Positions 1 through 13,875 of a DNA stretch of 64,000 bases are shown one piece after another. The translations under genes were made by a program, and so were the position numbers. Every line of letters starts with the position of its first letter. Positions within the stretch are counted from its first letter, which is position 1. A model generated the notes under the pieces. It did not search any database, was not told the origin of the DNA, and saw only the letters and a program-made list of their open reading frames with translations. This DNA is from Octopus vulgaris (Eukaryota), in NCBI GenBank assembly GCA_951406725.2, contig OX597828.1:9424001-9488000 (forward strand), in the 5' to 3' direction.

Positions 1-486
1 ACACGCACACACACATGCGTACATTCATACCTATATTTTCTACGGTGAATGGCTTTCGAAAGTGCTGAATGATCACCATCATCTGATATCAATTTGCCAT
101 ACATTGAATAGACTGCGACACACTGTTGCAATTCAGAAAACTTTTAGATGTTTACAAACGGAAGTTTTATGGTTCAGCTTTAAAGTGATGAGACAGGTTG
201 TTGGAACGAATTGAATTCGTACTATCCTATGGCATATTGATACACCTTATTAGCAACCATATGTATAGCACAACACATCAATCACAGCCTCTGAGAAAGA
301 TATCTATTTTGGTCTTTAAATATAATAATTGTGGCATATATGTGTGTCTGCGTATGCGTGTGTGCGCGCATGTGTGTGTGCGCGTATGTATGAATATATA
401 TATATCTATACATATATTTATGCATTATATAAGTATTGATCGGTCGATAGATAGATCTTTATATAGACAATATATATATATATGTA

Positions 487-523
<37 letters not shown>

Positions 524-648
524 AAAAAAAGTCACGATAGAAAATGCTAAAAGTGTTTTCTCTATCTTTTCTCTATTCACACACCCTGTCCAGTCTTCTG
601 AACCCCTTCATTATGCAGGTGCTCCTAATTCTTTGTGCATTCACTCTG

Positions 649-693
<45 letters not shown>

Positions 694-1385
694 AACGATA
701 AACAAGTACGTCACCTTGTGTACGCATGCCTATAAAGTTATGTCAGACCGAAGATATTAGTCGTGTGCGTCTGAAAGTGAGCTTGCAACCCTACAAAGTG
801 GACAGTGGTTCCCAAGATCGAATGCACATCGTATGGGATTAAGTGTACGAAATGTGGTTTCATGTTTATTATGAGCTGAAGAAATTTATGTCTAACCAGT
901 ATACACATATTCGATACAGAGTCCAGTCACCAATGATATTTTATTAATTACCATATTGAAATAGAAATTTCCCTTATATTACCATCACTCAAAAGTCAGT
1001 TTTATATCTAATGTAGTAGGAAAAATCTAACATTTACACACAAGTTCATCATTGATGTGTTTGAGTATAGGAAGCATATTTAGGAGACGTAACCCAAATT
1101 AGAATATAATTGCAAGGTATATGAAAGAATATCATATGACAATAACCACCCACGAATCGTGGTCTACATGTTCGAGCAGTTATGCAATACCAAACCATTA
1201 TGCAAATACAGCCTCGTTCTTCACGTGGGGTCACTTTTATAAAATAAACTTAGTAATATTAAAAACTTTAGAATGATTTAGATTTAGGCAAAATCACATT
1301 TAGTATCTGTTTGCGTGGGATGCTTTTGAAGACCACATGCGACTTGACTGGTAACGAAAGGAACATAAACATTGACATTCCAGAT

Positions 1386-1422
<37 letters not shown>

Positions 1423-1561
1423 GAGAGGTAATGGTGTCAAGAAGACCCAAAGGTGTTAGGTAATACTGAGAAAGTGGTATGGACAGATTATAGTTAAGCT
1501 TGGTGATTATGCAAATGGGGAGGCCAACGGAGGTCATATATTAGCATGCATATATGTAAAA

Positions 1562-1963
1562 AATTAACAGAATGAGATAAAAATCCAAGGCTGGGAAAGA
1601 TTTCAGAATATTTATAAATAGAATGAGTTACAGCTGTTTCCGGGATATTTTATATATTCTTTCATCGGAGTCGGTGCGAGAAAATGGTTACACAATAGTT
1701 TTTCTAGAGAAGATTAAAATAGAGAGTGAAGTGGAGGAATGAAAACAAACGTGGGATATGCAGGGATATTGTGCCTGCAGTTCCATTATTTAAGCAGAAT
1801 GGTATACATATACGTTTTCTAGAATAACTATTGCGTTAACATTTTTTCGCATCGCCTCCGATGAAGGAATATACAAAATATCACGAAAACAGCTGTAAGA
1901 CGTCCACATTATAAATGTCCTAAAATGTTTCACAGCCTTGGATTTTTATCTCATTTTGTTAAT

Positions 1964-1964
<1 letters not shown>
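1562..1964. repeat. Fold-back element with ~150-bp imperfect inverted arms (1562-1712 / 1814-1964), each carrying a degenerate hammerhead-like core; probable Penelope-like pseudo-LTR relic
   Basis: AATTAACAGAATGAGATAAAAATCCAAGGCTG at the left end is mirrored by CAGCCTTGGATTTTTATCTCATTTTGTTAATT at the right. CCGATGA...GAAA(A)CAGCTGTA lies on + at 1854-1901 and on - at ~1625-1672. A (TA)n tract follows. Confidence 0.75.
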
Positions 1965-2017
<53 letters not shown>

Positions 2018-2071
2018 TCATATGCATATGTATATGTGTATAAATTTATATACATATACAAACAAAAGTAT

Positions 2072-2102
<31 letters not shown>

Positions 2103-2304
2103 TGAATATATACACGCACATATGCACGCACTCATACATACAAGCGTATATGTATGTATGTATATATATATATTCATATGCATATGTATATGTGTATAAA
2201 TTTATATACATATACATACAAACGTATATACATACATATATATATGAATATATACACGCACATATGCACACACACACATACATACAGACGTATATATACA
2301 TATG

Positions 2305-2376
<72 letters not shown>

Positions 2377-3750
2377 TATGTGTGCGCACCTGCATGCTTG
2401 TATATATGTATTATTTCCGATTTCAATATTATAGAGTTTAATTTACTGTAAATTTTAAAAAAAACAAATTCATTTTACTATAGAAATTGAGAGATTATAT
2501 AAGAATGACCTACTAATTAACGGGTTTGAAACTTTAAATGCACACTTTACCTACACCTTTATGAAGTCGCCGTTGGCCTAAAAGTTCAGAGTACAAATCA
2601 ATCAAATTAAATGCAAGGGCAAATATATGTCTGGCCTTCAACATTTATTAGTGATTTAGGGTAAAGCAATGTTTGTTTTCGGTTTCGTAAGTAGGACGGA
2701 AATGGTATATTTGATGAAGAGGACCATGTTTAGCTGAGAAGTACGAGAAACAATAAATCAAACGTGACACATTGACCTGTGATTATTCAACTATGCAGAC
2801 ACATTTTCCCATCAAACTAATGGCACATATCAACGACCTGTACGTGAATGGTGGTAGTTTTTACAAGTTCTTACTTATTTATACCTCTTCAACAGAGTCA
2901 TACTTCTGTTGTTCTTATACTTTGTTGAAATTAATTACACGACTTAAAGGAGGAACTGACCTTTTAAGTTTAATTACTTTTTCTCACTATGTGATATATT
3001 TATACGAGGTTTTTGTTATTGAACAGAACATTGTTTTCCTGCCAAGGACATACGAAAATATACTTTAACTCCGTGAAGAATTGCGATGAAGAATTGATGA
3101 ATATCTTCCTCTTGGTTGACATTTTGTATCTTTAGAATATCACATTACCAAAATTTTGAATATTTCACTGGTACTTCACATTTTAAACAAAAACAAATTA
3201 CTTATGTCTCAAAGACTTTTAGAATATTCCTAGCAAGATATTTCGTTGCGTATACTTCAGCACTAAAATTGGAGGATCTAAAACAAAATTATTTGCAAAG
3301 AAATTTACTCTACAAAATGTGATATGTTTCTGACAGAGGAATAATTTGTCCACATGAACTAAGTTACATCGAATGCAGATTATATACAGCTATACAAATG
3401 CAAACATTTTGATAAACATGGACTCGAATTTCACATAGTTTCTATGAACAACTAGATTTTTCCGTTAATTTTTCAGTTTCCATGAATAAGTAGATTATTT
3501 TCGTTGATTTACTATTCGCCCTGATTTTCCCATCATTCTCAATGCTCGATTCCTCTTGGATTCTATCTGAGACGATGATGGTATTATGTCGAAAGATGAA
3601 TGTTTAACATTCACGTGATATTGGACATGGTATGGAAAGACCACAGAATAGCAAGAATCTAGTTATACTACTTTCCCTGCTAAAATGTTGTACCTCTCCT
3701 GGACATGTGATTCTAATTAAAGATCGACTAATTCAAATTACAAAGAATAG

Positions 3751-4612
3751 AGGCGCAGGAGTGGCTGTGTAGTAAGTAATATTTAAAAGAGCTGGAAAGG
3801 AAGACCGTGGTGTTGAGGACTTATTCGAAGTCGCTCGACACCATAGCCGTCTTCTTGCAGGCCACAATTTTGAACGAGCTGGCGGACTACATGCCAGCCG
3901 TTAAATTCATCTCACGGAGAGTGAAATATGCAACGGTTTGGTTGCTATTTGACTCCTCACAAGAAGCTTGCGACTTCGCAAGCCAGCCCCTTGATGGCAA
4001 AGAAATATTATTTTTGCTATATTATATGGGGAAAAAGCTATCAAAAGCTTGGATATGTGGCCTACCACCCGGAGTTGAGCCTGAGTGGATAGAGGACTCT
4101 ATCCGCCGGGGTCTGGGTGGTAGCAATACCAAGTTGCTGAGTGTTAAAATGTTGCCTGCGGCTGATTGGGAGGGGTCGAAAGCTTTTTTGACCCTATGGA
4201 CACAATCGGCCGAAAATAAAGTAGCTTGTTTACCAACCACATGGTTCCGGGTTCAGTCCAACTGCGTGGCACCTTGGGGAAGTGTCTTCTACTATAGCCT
4301 CGGGCCGACCAAAGTCCTGTGAGTGGATTTGGTAGACGGAAACTGAAAGAAGCCCGTCGTATATATGTATATATATATATATATATATATGCGTGTGTGT
4401 GTTTGTGTGTCTGTATTTGTCCCCCTAGCATTGCTTGACAACCGATGCTGGCGTGTTTATGTCTCCGTTCCTTAGAGGTTCGGCAAAAGAGACCGATAGA
4501 ATAAGTACTGGGCTTACAAAAGAATAAGTCCCGGGGTTGAGTTGCTCGATTAAAGGCGGTGCTCCAGCATGGCCGCAGTCAGATGACTGAAACAAGTAAA
4601 AGAGTAAAAGAG
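3751..4612 (+). mobile_element. tRNA-derived SINE (family A), split by a 440-bp insertion at 3779-4218
   Basis: The head GGCGCAGGAGTGGCTGTGT(A)GTAAGTA resumes at 4219 as AAGTAGCTTGTTTACCAACCACATGGTTCCGGGTTCAGTC (A/B-box-like). An internal (TA)n and the tail GACTGAAACAAGTAAAAGAG follow. Highly similar to 16861-17280. Confidence 0.85.
3779..4218 (+). mobile_element. Open-frame fragment inserted into the SINE, probably non-LTR retrotransposon ORF1 (RRM-like)
   Basis: GC-richer and stop-free (LKELERKTVVLRTYS...VKFISRRVKYATVWLLFDSSQEA...WICGLPP). Flanked by a duplicated AAGTA (3774-3778, 4219-4223). The family assignment is inference. Confidence 0.45.
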
Positions 4613-6291
4613 AAATAGAATAAATGCATACGCTAATATAGAAATTGCTCACAGGTCTCAGGTAGAGGTATATTACAGATGTGTTGATGTCATTCATATA
4701 CAGCGCATTAATACAGTCTGTATCACAGAAGCTTACTAGAGCACATTAATGCAGTCATTTGATATAACAGACTTTCTTTCAATCTCATGCTGTTGTCGTT
4801 AGGAAAGAAATCATCCGTGTTAAAGAAAGGATATTTGAATATAAGAAAATATATTGGGGATATATTTATTTGAATAGCAAACATGCTCGCTATGGTTTGA
4901 ATCCCCTTCATCAGAGGTTTTTTTTTTTACTTTACCGATAACTTGTCACTTCATTCATAAAGAGTCTCGTGTTTAACAGTCTGCAATTTGTACCATATTA
5001 GATATGAACACTGGCTTTCCTTGTGATAGTTAAATTTATTTCTACGAGGTCATGTAATGCAACTTACGCAGGACGTAGAAGCATGTGCATTTAAGAGGAT
5101 GTGGTTATTTAAAATGAGATAAAATTGTAGGCTCTTTCAAACAGAAACCAAACGCTTCACACTAATTTTACGAACAGAAGTAGAGCAGAATTTGCCATTT
5201 AATTATGTAGTGTTCATAACAAAAGGTATGTCGAATATAGTTGTCTACATTACCGAATGTTACACACAGGGGAACTAAATGTTTGAGCCTATGTAATATG
5301 CCAAACATTGAACGATTGGTACTTCTTCAGTTTTAATATCTTTTTATTTAATCGGAGGACTCCAGTGATTCGACGAACGTAGTATTTATTGATATTTGTA
5401 ATGTTTAGCATTTAGTTAATTTAATTTAAATAAATATAAGTATAAACGTACATGGCGGAATTTGAAACAATATTTAGAGGTTTATTTACAATGGACAATT
5501 TACAAGCCTTAGTGGGAACAAGATACTAATCACATGTTGAAAATGTTATTAATCAAATTATACATAAATCTTTTACAGTAGATTAATTTCAGTAATAATA
5601 TCATTTAAACACTGATTACTTCAGCTTCAATTACTAATCAATTTTCGCTCTTTAACTAATTAAGAGAAGCCTACCGAACAGGAACATGGATACGCTTAGC
5701 TTGTGCTAATACCAATCCACTCAAAAAGAAGGAAAAAACAAAACGTAATTTATATCTTTATAGGTCAATGAAGTTTACTTATCAACCGAGCCTTCATTAA
5801 AACTGAAACATCTGCGAATCAGTACACAGCCCGATAGATACGCATAGGACAATAATTGTATTGTGTTCTGATAAATTAATTTCCATATTACTAATATTTA
5901 AGATTCTTTATAAACTGTATTTCTACTATATTCACTGTGTTATTTGAGTCATGTTGCTCTGAACATAATTCAGTTGTGAATATATAGGGAGAGCAGATAC
6001 TACAAATCAACAAAAACCTTTTCATTATATGAATTCATATCTGCAGGTGCTGACTTTTTTGACCAACAGGATGAAATAAAAGCTTCCTAACCAGTGGGAC
6101 CCAAGCACTGCAACAACGATAGAAGAAATGTGTGGACTGCAAAGGGAACTATATTGAAAAAGGAAGTGCATGTGGTCACATTCCATGTTGTTCAGACTAC
6201 GAACATTACAGACAACCTTCGTATATCCATTGCCACCGCCCAAAATATTTGTGCGTGGCAAATATTCAGCAATAGGATTAACAATATATAT

Positions 6292-6636
6292 ATTCTTTTA
6301 TACCTTTACTTGTTTTAGTCATTTGAATTCTACCATGCAATCGACCCTAGGACTTATACTTTGTCAGGCAGCTAGTTATGCTATCAGTCTCTTATGCCGA
6401 GCCGCTAGGTTAAAGGAGACGCAAACACACAAATATCGGCTGTCAAGCGATGGTAGGGGACAAAGACACACACACATTCAGCTGGCCATTTTCAATTTCT
6501 GTCTACCAAATCCACTCAAAAGGTTTGGTCGGCCCAAAACAATAGTAGAAAACACTCGAACAAGGTTTCACGCAGTGGGATTGAACCCAGAACCATGTAG
6601 TTGGGAAGCAAACTTCTTACTACACAATCGCGACTA
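6292..6636 (-). mobile_element. SINE family A, degenerate
   Basis: Reverse complement of family A motifs: TTCTGTCTACCAAATCCACTCA, GCAGTGGGATTGAACCCAGAACCATGT, TTTACTTGTTTTAGTCATTTG. Confidence 0.75.
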
Positions 6637-6672
6637 TATATATATGTATGTACCCACAACACCGCCCCACAC

Positions 6673-6745
<73 letters not shown>

Positions 6746-6849
6746 ACACACACTCACACACACATATGACTGGATAGATATTATGACAATATAAGTGCTG
6801 AAGAACCCTTTCTCATACATTTTGTTCTGTTCGTGTTGAACACAGTAGA

Positions 6850-7172
6850 GTGATATTTGGCAAAAATACCAAAGAAATATTCTGGTGAAGTTTGAACAAT
6901 TTTTACTGTTGATCCAATACCATGTTAGTAAACAAATTAATCAAATATAATGCCACAAATGTATTCAACTTTTAAACTTTATCATTATCTCTTGAATCAT
7001 ATCTTATTCGGTTGCTGTGATCAGGTTAAATTCAATAAGGAGATATTTAGCAGAAATGCCAAAGAATTATTATAGTGAAGTCTAAATAGTTAGGGTTGAC
7101 CCAGTACCATGTAGGTTAAAAGATTTATTAAATATAGTTTTCGAAATTTATACAACTTTCAAATTTTATTAT
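6850..7172 (+). repeat. Two diverged direct copies of a ~135-bp unit, period ~190 bp
   Basis: GATATTTGGCAAAAATACCAAAGAAATATT...TGATCCAATACCATGT matches GATATTTAGCAGAAATGCCAAAGAATTATT...TGACCCAGTACCATGT. Confidence 0.6.
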
Positions 7173-8253
7173 TTTTCTTTTGCATTCTATCGATTAACAT
7201 GTTGTAATGTTGCAACATAGACACTATTCATAAAGAAAAGTGACTTTTAAATTAATTCAATTAACATTTATGTATGCATTTTGAATGTGTATATTTTATT
7301 TACTTTTATACGAATTTCCAATTGGTTTTTACACGAGTGTGCATAATAGATAAATTCTTAAGATATAATGGGTATTCAAAGTATATTAAATCTCCTCTAT
7401 AAAAATTGCCATAAAAAGTTTTATAAAAATCACATCTATTAATATATAAATAAATTTGCTTCTCAAAAAGGTTACCTTATCAGAATTCTACAAACACTGT
7501 CATAAAATAAAAGAAACTAATAAAACTTGTAATTTTAAACCTGAATTAATGAACATGATTATTGATTGAGGGGAAATGTGTATGGTTTTCGTTTTTCTCT
7601 TTTGTCTATATTTTATATTTCGTTTTTGTTATTTTGAAATTAGGGAAATCAAATTTTCTACCAATATGATATATAATGTTAATTTTACCATTGACTGATT
7701 ACAATTTTGTACGGCTTTCTGGCCAATTAACAATTATAACAAATTCTAACATCAAGGGATATATTTTCAATCATATAAGTTTGTACAAGACATTTTTGAA
7801 ACACCATAAAATATATTCAATTCAATTTTTTTTCTACTGACATTCAAACAACCTTCATAGACTGAACATTATGGGCTGACACGTTGGGTTGGAAACAGTT
7901 TCTACTCGTTCAGTTAATTTTTCTGTTCAATTCTTAATGTCACTTTCTACGGTTGCAATAGTGTCAAAGTCAACAGAATAGTTACTGTAATAATAATCTG
8001 TTGATACACACACACGCACAAACACACACATTTATGTCTGAATAGAATATATATGTCAACACATAAGTATTCACTCTCACGGGAGACTATTAGTAATATA
8101 ATTCATAATTTCTGTCTATACATGCTACCATTAGTTTCACGCACACATGTGTACGATCTTCTTTTGCCAGAAGATCGAACTCATGTCTGCGTTTAGCCAA
8201 TGGTAGCAGATACAGGTCAGAAAACACGAATTCTAATACTATAAATATATGTA

Positions 8254-8305
<52 letters not shown>

Positions 8306-8307
8306 AT

Positions 8308-8348
<41 letters not shown>

Positions 8349-8359
8349 ATATACATATA

Positions 8360-8418
<59 letters not shown>

Positions 8419-8419
8419 T

Positions 8420-8535
8420 ATGCGTGTGTGTGTTTGTGTGTCTGTGTTTGTTCCCCTAGCATTGCTTGACAACCGATGCTGGTGTGTTTATGTCCCCGTT
8501 ACTTAGCAGTTCGGCAAAAGAGTAATAGAATAAAT
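8420..8535 (+). mobile_element. SINE family A 3'-half fragment
   Basis: GTGTTTGTTCCCCTAGCATTGCTTGACAACCGATGCTGG...GTTCGGCAAAAG matches 4415-4490. Confidence 0.75.
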
Positions 8536-8546
8536 GCATACGCATT

Positions 8547-8578
<32 letters not shown>

Positions 8579-8590
8579 CATACACATATG

Positions 8591-8627
<37 letters not shown>

Positions 8628-8669
8628 GCATACATATATATATATATATCTATATATATATACATATTG

Positions 8670-9530
8670 AACGGTACTAGGGTAGTACAAGCTATGCTAA
8701 AAATAGTAGTCAAAATGATTCAAAACTATAGTTTTCACTTGTAAACATCGAGCAAAATATAAAAAAATCCACTTATCTTTAACGAAAAATGGTGTAAATG
8801 AAATTTCAGACGTAGTCATATCACGTGATTTCTAGCCCTGCGAATTATCCCTTAGTTCATCATCAGTGAGTATTACTAGATATATTCGTCTCAACTCTGT
8901 GCGTACTGAACCTTTTGAATGCGGCGGTTTTATTCGTTAATTGTAAGTTGGGTTTTTATATTTTCCTTGTTCCTTCGAATTCACCCGTGTATACAAGTGA
9001 AAACTGTACGTTTGAGTCGTTTTGACTCCTATTTTTAGCATTGTTGATACTACCCTTGTATCCTTCATTATTAAGTAATAATTGTAACCCTCATGGTTTT
9101 TACGCACACTAACCGCTGATATTATTATTAATGTGAATATTCTTATATAGTTCTATAATTTTAAATTTATTTGATGGTCTTTTAAATTTGCCACTGCTTT
9201 AAAAATGATCGGTACGGAAATGGTTGAGACGTGTGTATTTAACCCTTGGTCAGAAATACTCATTGATGATGAACTAAGTGAGAATTCACAAAATTAGATA
9301 TCACGTGACCTGACTACGTCTGAAATTTCATTTACCATTGTTTTCGTTAATGGTAAGTTAGGTTATACATTTTCCTTGCTCCCTCGAATTCGCCATTGTG
9401 TAGAAGTGAAAATTGGTTTTGAGTTTTTGTGACCCCTATTTTATGAATTAATAGTTTTACTCTTATGATTTTTATGCTGGCTAACCACTGACACAATTAT
9501 AAACTATTAGTAGTAATATTCGCATTGATA
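8670..9530. repeat. Three-copy element: inverted copy (8670-8907), partial direct copy (8932-9135) and direct copy (9211-9530); Penelope-like pseudo-LTR arrangement with a hammerhead-like core
   Basis: AAATGAAATTTCAGACGTAGTCA(TA)TCACGTGAT (8797-8829) is inverted to ATCACGTGACCTGACTACGTCTGAAATTTCATTT (~9300-9333). TTCGTTAAT..TAAGTT...AAGTGAAAA is repeated at 8933 and 9342. (TA)n flanks both ends. Confidence 0.7.
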
Positions 9531-9535
9531 TATAT

Positions 9536-9856
<321 letters not shown>

Positions 9857-9957
9857 TGTTATTAGCATTATCCTGCGTTTGAGAATTTGAAATCACTTCT
9901 TTAACTTTCTAAGTCATTTCAACACTTCTAAAGCAAACTTCGTTTGTTTGCTAAAGT

Positions 9958-11564
9958 TCATCGTAGTTTGAATTTCATATATATATATATATACATATAT
10001 ATGGTTGAAGAAAGGATTACATTATACAGAGCAAAAGGTTCGTAACAAGCTCCCATATTCTTGTAAAAGCGTTGATCATTTGGATCCAAATCCTCGAAAA
10101 TAGAAAGACCTTTTTCCATATATGCAAATGGTTGCTGCATATTCTTAATGGTAAAGTAACGTGGATAAGGTTCGACTTCATCGTCTTCTTTATTTTGTTT
10201 CTCGTGAAGCTCTATCAAATCCTCGTTCGTCAGGGGCTGCTTGTCTTTTCAAATAAATCTTGAAATCCACATCCTCCTCCTTCTCCAAATTCATTTCCAG
10301 TTCTTTGCTCTTAATCACCAATGTTTTGTTGATGTCAACATTATTAAACCCCTTAAATTCATTCACAAATTGCGGGCAAACCTTATTTGAAACCCCATTC
10401 ATAGCCGTGCTCCGTACATCATTCCATGTCACTGCTATGTTCTTTACAGCCTTGTAGATATCGTAACTCTTCCAAAAGTCCTGAAGTGTGATGGATTCAT
10501 CAAGATCAGTTGCAGCTATTACTTGTTGCAGCGTATGCTTCATATAGTAACGCTTAAAGATAGCAATTATTCCCTGATCCATTGGCTGTAGAAAAGACGT
10601 GATGTTCGGTGGGGGGTATACGATTGTAACATTGGACTCAAAGTCTACTATGTTTTTCGTGGTATCAGGAGTATTATCTAAGATAAGTAAAACCTTAAAA
10701 GGAATCGCCCTCTCCTTACAGTACTCCTCTGCTGCTGGGATAAAATGATTGAAGAACCAATCTTCAAAAACAACACCAGTAACCCATGCTTTGGAATTAG
10801 CCGTCCATATAACAGGGAGAGATGCTTTGGGTATGTTCTTCAGGGACCGGGGGTTGTGCGCATGATACACAAGCAATGGCTTTAACTTAAAATCGCCTGC
10901 AGAAATACCTACCAGCATAATGTTCTCACGTACTTTTGAGAACTTATAGCTGAGAATAGTTTTCTCTTCATTGGAAATGAATAAACGGTCTGGCAAGTTT
11001 TTGCAAAGCAATCCAGTGTTGTCAACGTAAAGAATCTGTTTGGGATGAAAGCCGGTTTCTTCGATGATTTTCTTTAATGAATTAGGAAATTTCGTTATTG
11101 CTTGTTCGTCAGCTGATGCACTCTCGTCTTGCTTCTTAATGGAGTGATAACTTCTTCGTTCCTTAAATCTCATGAACCATCCTTAACGTGCCTTGAACTC
11201 TACATCTTTCTCATCAGGATATTTTTCCTGTCCTCAAAGACAACACGCTCTCTTGAACGATTTCTTGACTAATAGTAGCACGCTGACTATTCAACCTAAC
11301 AATCCAAAGAGGAAGAAGGCTTTCTATTTCTTCAACGATATTGCCTATTTTCTTAATGATGAGAGTTTTCTTCATCCCTGGAGCTTCAGATTTGATATGT
11401 GCTAAAATCTTGTCCTTATGTTGTACAATCGTCGATACAGTTGTCCGACTCATCCCCAAAGATCGCACAATTGCTGCCACTTTTTCACCTTTTTCATGGC
11501 GTTATATCATAGCCAGTTTATCTTCCGGCTTAGTACTTGCACTATGAATATTCTTAGGAACCAT
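9958..11564 (-). pseudogene. Tigger/pogo-family (TIGD1-like) DDD transposase pseudogene
   Basis: ATG at 11564 (MVPK). HTH motif GEKVAAIVRSLGMSRTTVSTI and CENP-B-type FKAR*GWFMRFK. Catalytic motifs YVDNTGL, LILDNTP and LQPMDQG give a DD32D spacing, and KLKPLLVYH, WTANSKAWVT are present. Stop at 11502-11504, frameshifts near 11230 and 10260. TIRs not found. Confidence 0.92.
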
Positions 11565-11617
11565 AGGGACAAAAACTAAAGACAAAAATAAATATTTGCC
11601 ATATTTTGCGCTATAAA

Positions 11618-11810
11618 TGCATGTCCGGTAAAATGCTTAGCGACATTTCAGCCGTCTTTACGCTGAGTTCAAATTTCGCCGAGGTCGACTTTACCTTTCA
11701 TCGTTCACTGTCGATAATATAGGTATCAGTTCATCACTACGATCGATAAAATTGACTTGACACCTCCCCAAACTTGCTGGCCTAGTGCCAACATTTGAAA
11801 CCGTCATTAC
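11618..11810 (+). mobile_element. tRNA-derived SINE (family C)
   Basis: GAGTTCAAATTTCGCCGAGGTCGACTTTACCTTTCATC (B-box-like) is shared with 38158, 62430 and 47980 (-). Confidence 0.7.
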
Positions 11811-12646
11811 TTGTACTGTTAATGCAGTGTGCTTTCAGGGTCGATGAAATAAATTCCAGTTTATATATAGTCGATGTAATGGACTTACTCACTCCCTCAT
11901 AATTGCAGATCTTCAGCCAAAATTTGAATCAATTTTGTGTTATGAATATTGTTACCATGATATTTCGGTTGCTTTAAATATGAAGCGATACGCAGCAGTG
12001 TATAGAATTTTTGAAATTTTTTATATTGCTCTAATGTTCCTATGTTCGAGAGATTTTACTCTGGACACAATTGTAAATAGTCGGTCTGTTTGCTAGAAAT
12101 GGAAGCCAGGTGTCTCTCAGGTCCTCATCAACTGGTTATATGCTGAGAAGTTTGGAAAAGGAAAATATATTTGCATGATTGCAATATCGTTTTCTACAGA
12201 TTTACTTCTTCGATTTTGAGGCGCGGCAAAACCACCTACGCCAACGATTATAAACGGAAAAAGAAAAACAACAAAAAGAAAACAAACAATCGTCGGTATA
12301 ACCTGCATATACGTCTAGATGCTTGTATAGCTATGTAGTGAGAAGATTGATTTGAAACCTGGTTTCGGGTTGACTCACACAGAATGGATCTTTGTGTAAG
12401 TGTATTCTAATATAGGCCAAGCCTTGTTAAAGGATATGGTTGAGGGAAACACATAGAAATCAGTGATTTGTTTACGTATAAATATGAATATATATATATA
12501 TTATAAGGACAAAAGAAAAATTCTATTGCCAAATATGCCGAAAATAGACAAAATTGTCAATAACCATAATAATTTATACGTGTCGGTATTTTTTTATATG
12601 CTGGCCATTGATAACATTTTTTTCGAAAAAACTTTTATCCTACATC

Positions 12647-12722
<76 letters not shown>

Positions 12723-12743
12723 TTATATATATGTATGTATACA

Positions 12744-13018
<275 letters not shown>

Positions 13019-13205
13019 AGTACTCTCTATTGGTAACACAAGGCCTCAAATTTGGGAAGGAATTGGGTCGCTTACATAGACCAAATTTGAAACTGGTACT
13101 TAATCGACCCCGGCGGAATTATATTAATACTACATATATAATATCGCATAATATTATATTCATAATATATATATATATAATATCGGACTATATGATATTA
13201 ACAAG

Positions 13206-13242
<37 letters not shown>

Positions 13243-13429
13243 CATTATATTGTATCAATAATATATATATAAATATTATTATCATTATTATTATTATTGT
13301 TACTATTGTTATTGTTATCAAAAAGTATATAAATCATAATATGTAACACTTACCAAATGTGCTGAGTTCTCTCCTACCACTGCGAGCTCATTTCTATAAA
13401 TAAAAATGTCTGTACGTGTATGTGTGCGT

Positions 13430-13660
13430 GTATGTGTGTATGTGAGTGTGTATTGTCTTTGTTTTCATGTCCCCCATCCTAGCGTTTGCGAACTAGTGTT
13501 GCGTTACTTAACTGCTAATGCAGCGGTTCGGCAAAAAGGAACCATAGAATAAGTACCTGGCTTAAGAAAATGTACTGAGATCGATTGATTCGACTAAATC
13601 CCTCGATGCTGTGTGGTGCATAACCACTATTGAGCGATAGAAACACAGTAAAAACAGAAT
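13430..13660 (+). mobile_element. SINE family A 3' part, degenerate
   Basis: GCGGTTCGGCAAAAGGAACCATAGAATAAGTACCTGGCTT matches the family A tail. Confidence 0.6.
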
Positions 13661-13828
13661 GAGATTATATATATAGTGCTTAAGAAAGAACTCTTTCCCA
13701 ATGTTGAAAATCTTCGAATTACCATACGATTTGCCACCATGTACTTACAATCTATCTATCTATCTACCTAACTAACAATCTATCTGCCTGTCTGTTTTCT
13801 GCGTGCTGCATACAACACACATACATGC

Positions 13829-13875
<47 letters not shown>

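Noticed and set aside
4885-4918. CTGATGAAGGGG on the minus strand (hammerhead first box)
   Set aside because: No paired stem II or GAAA box follows; at most a truncated remnant.
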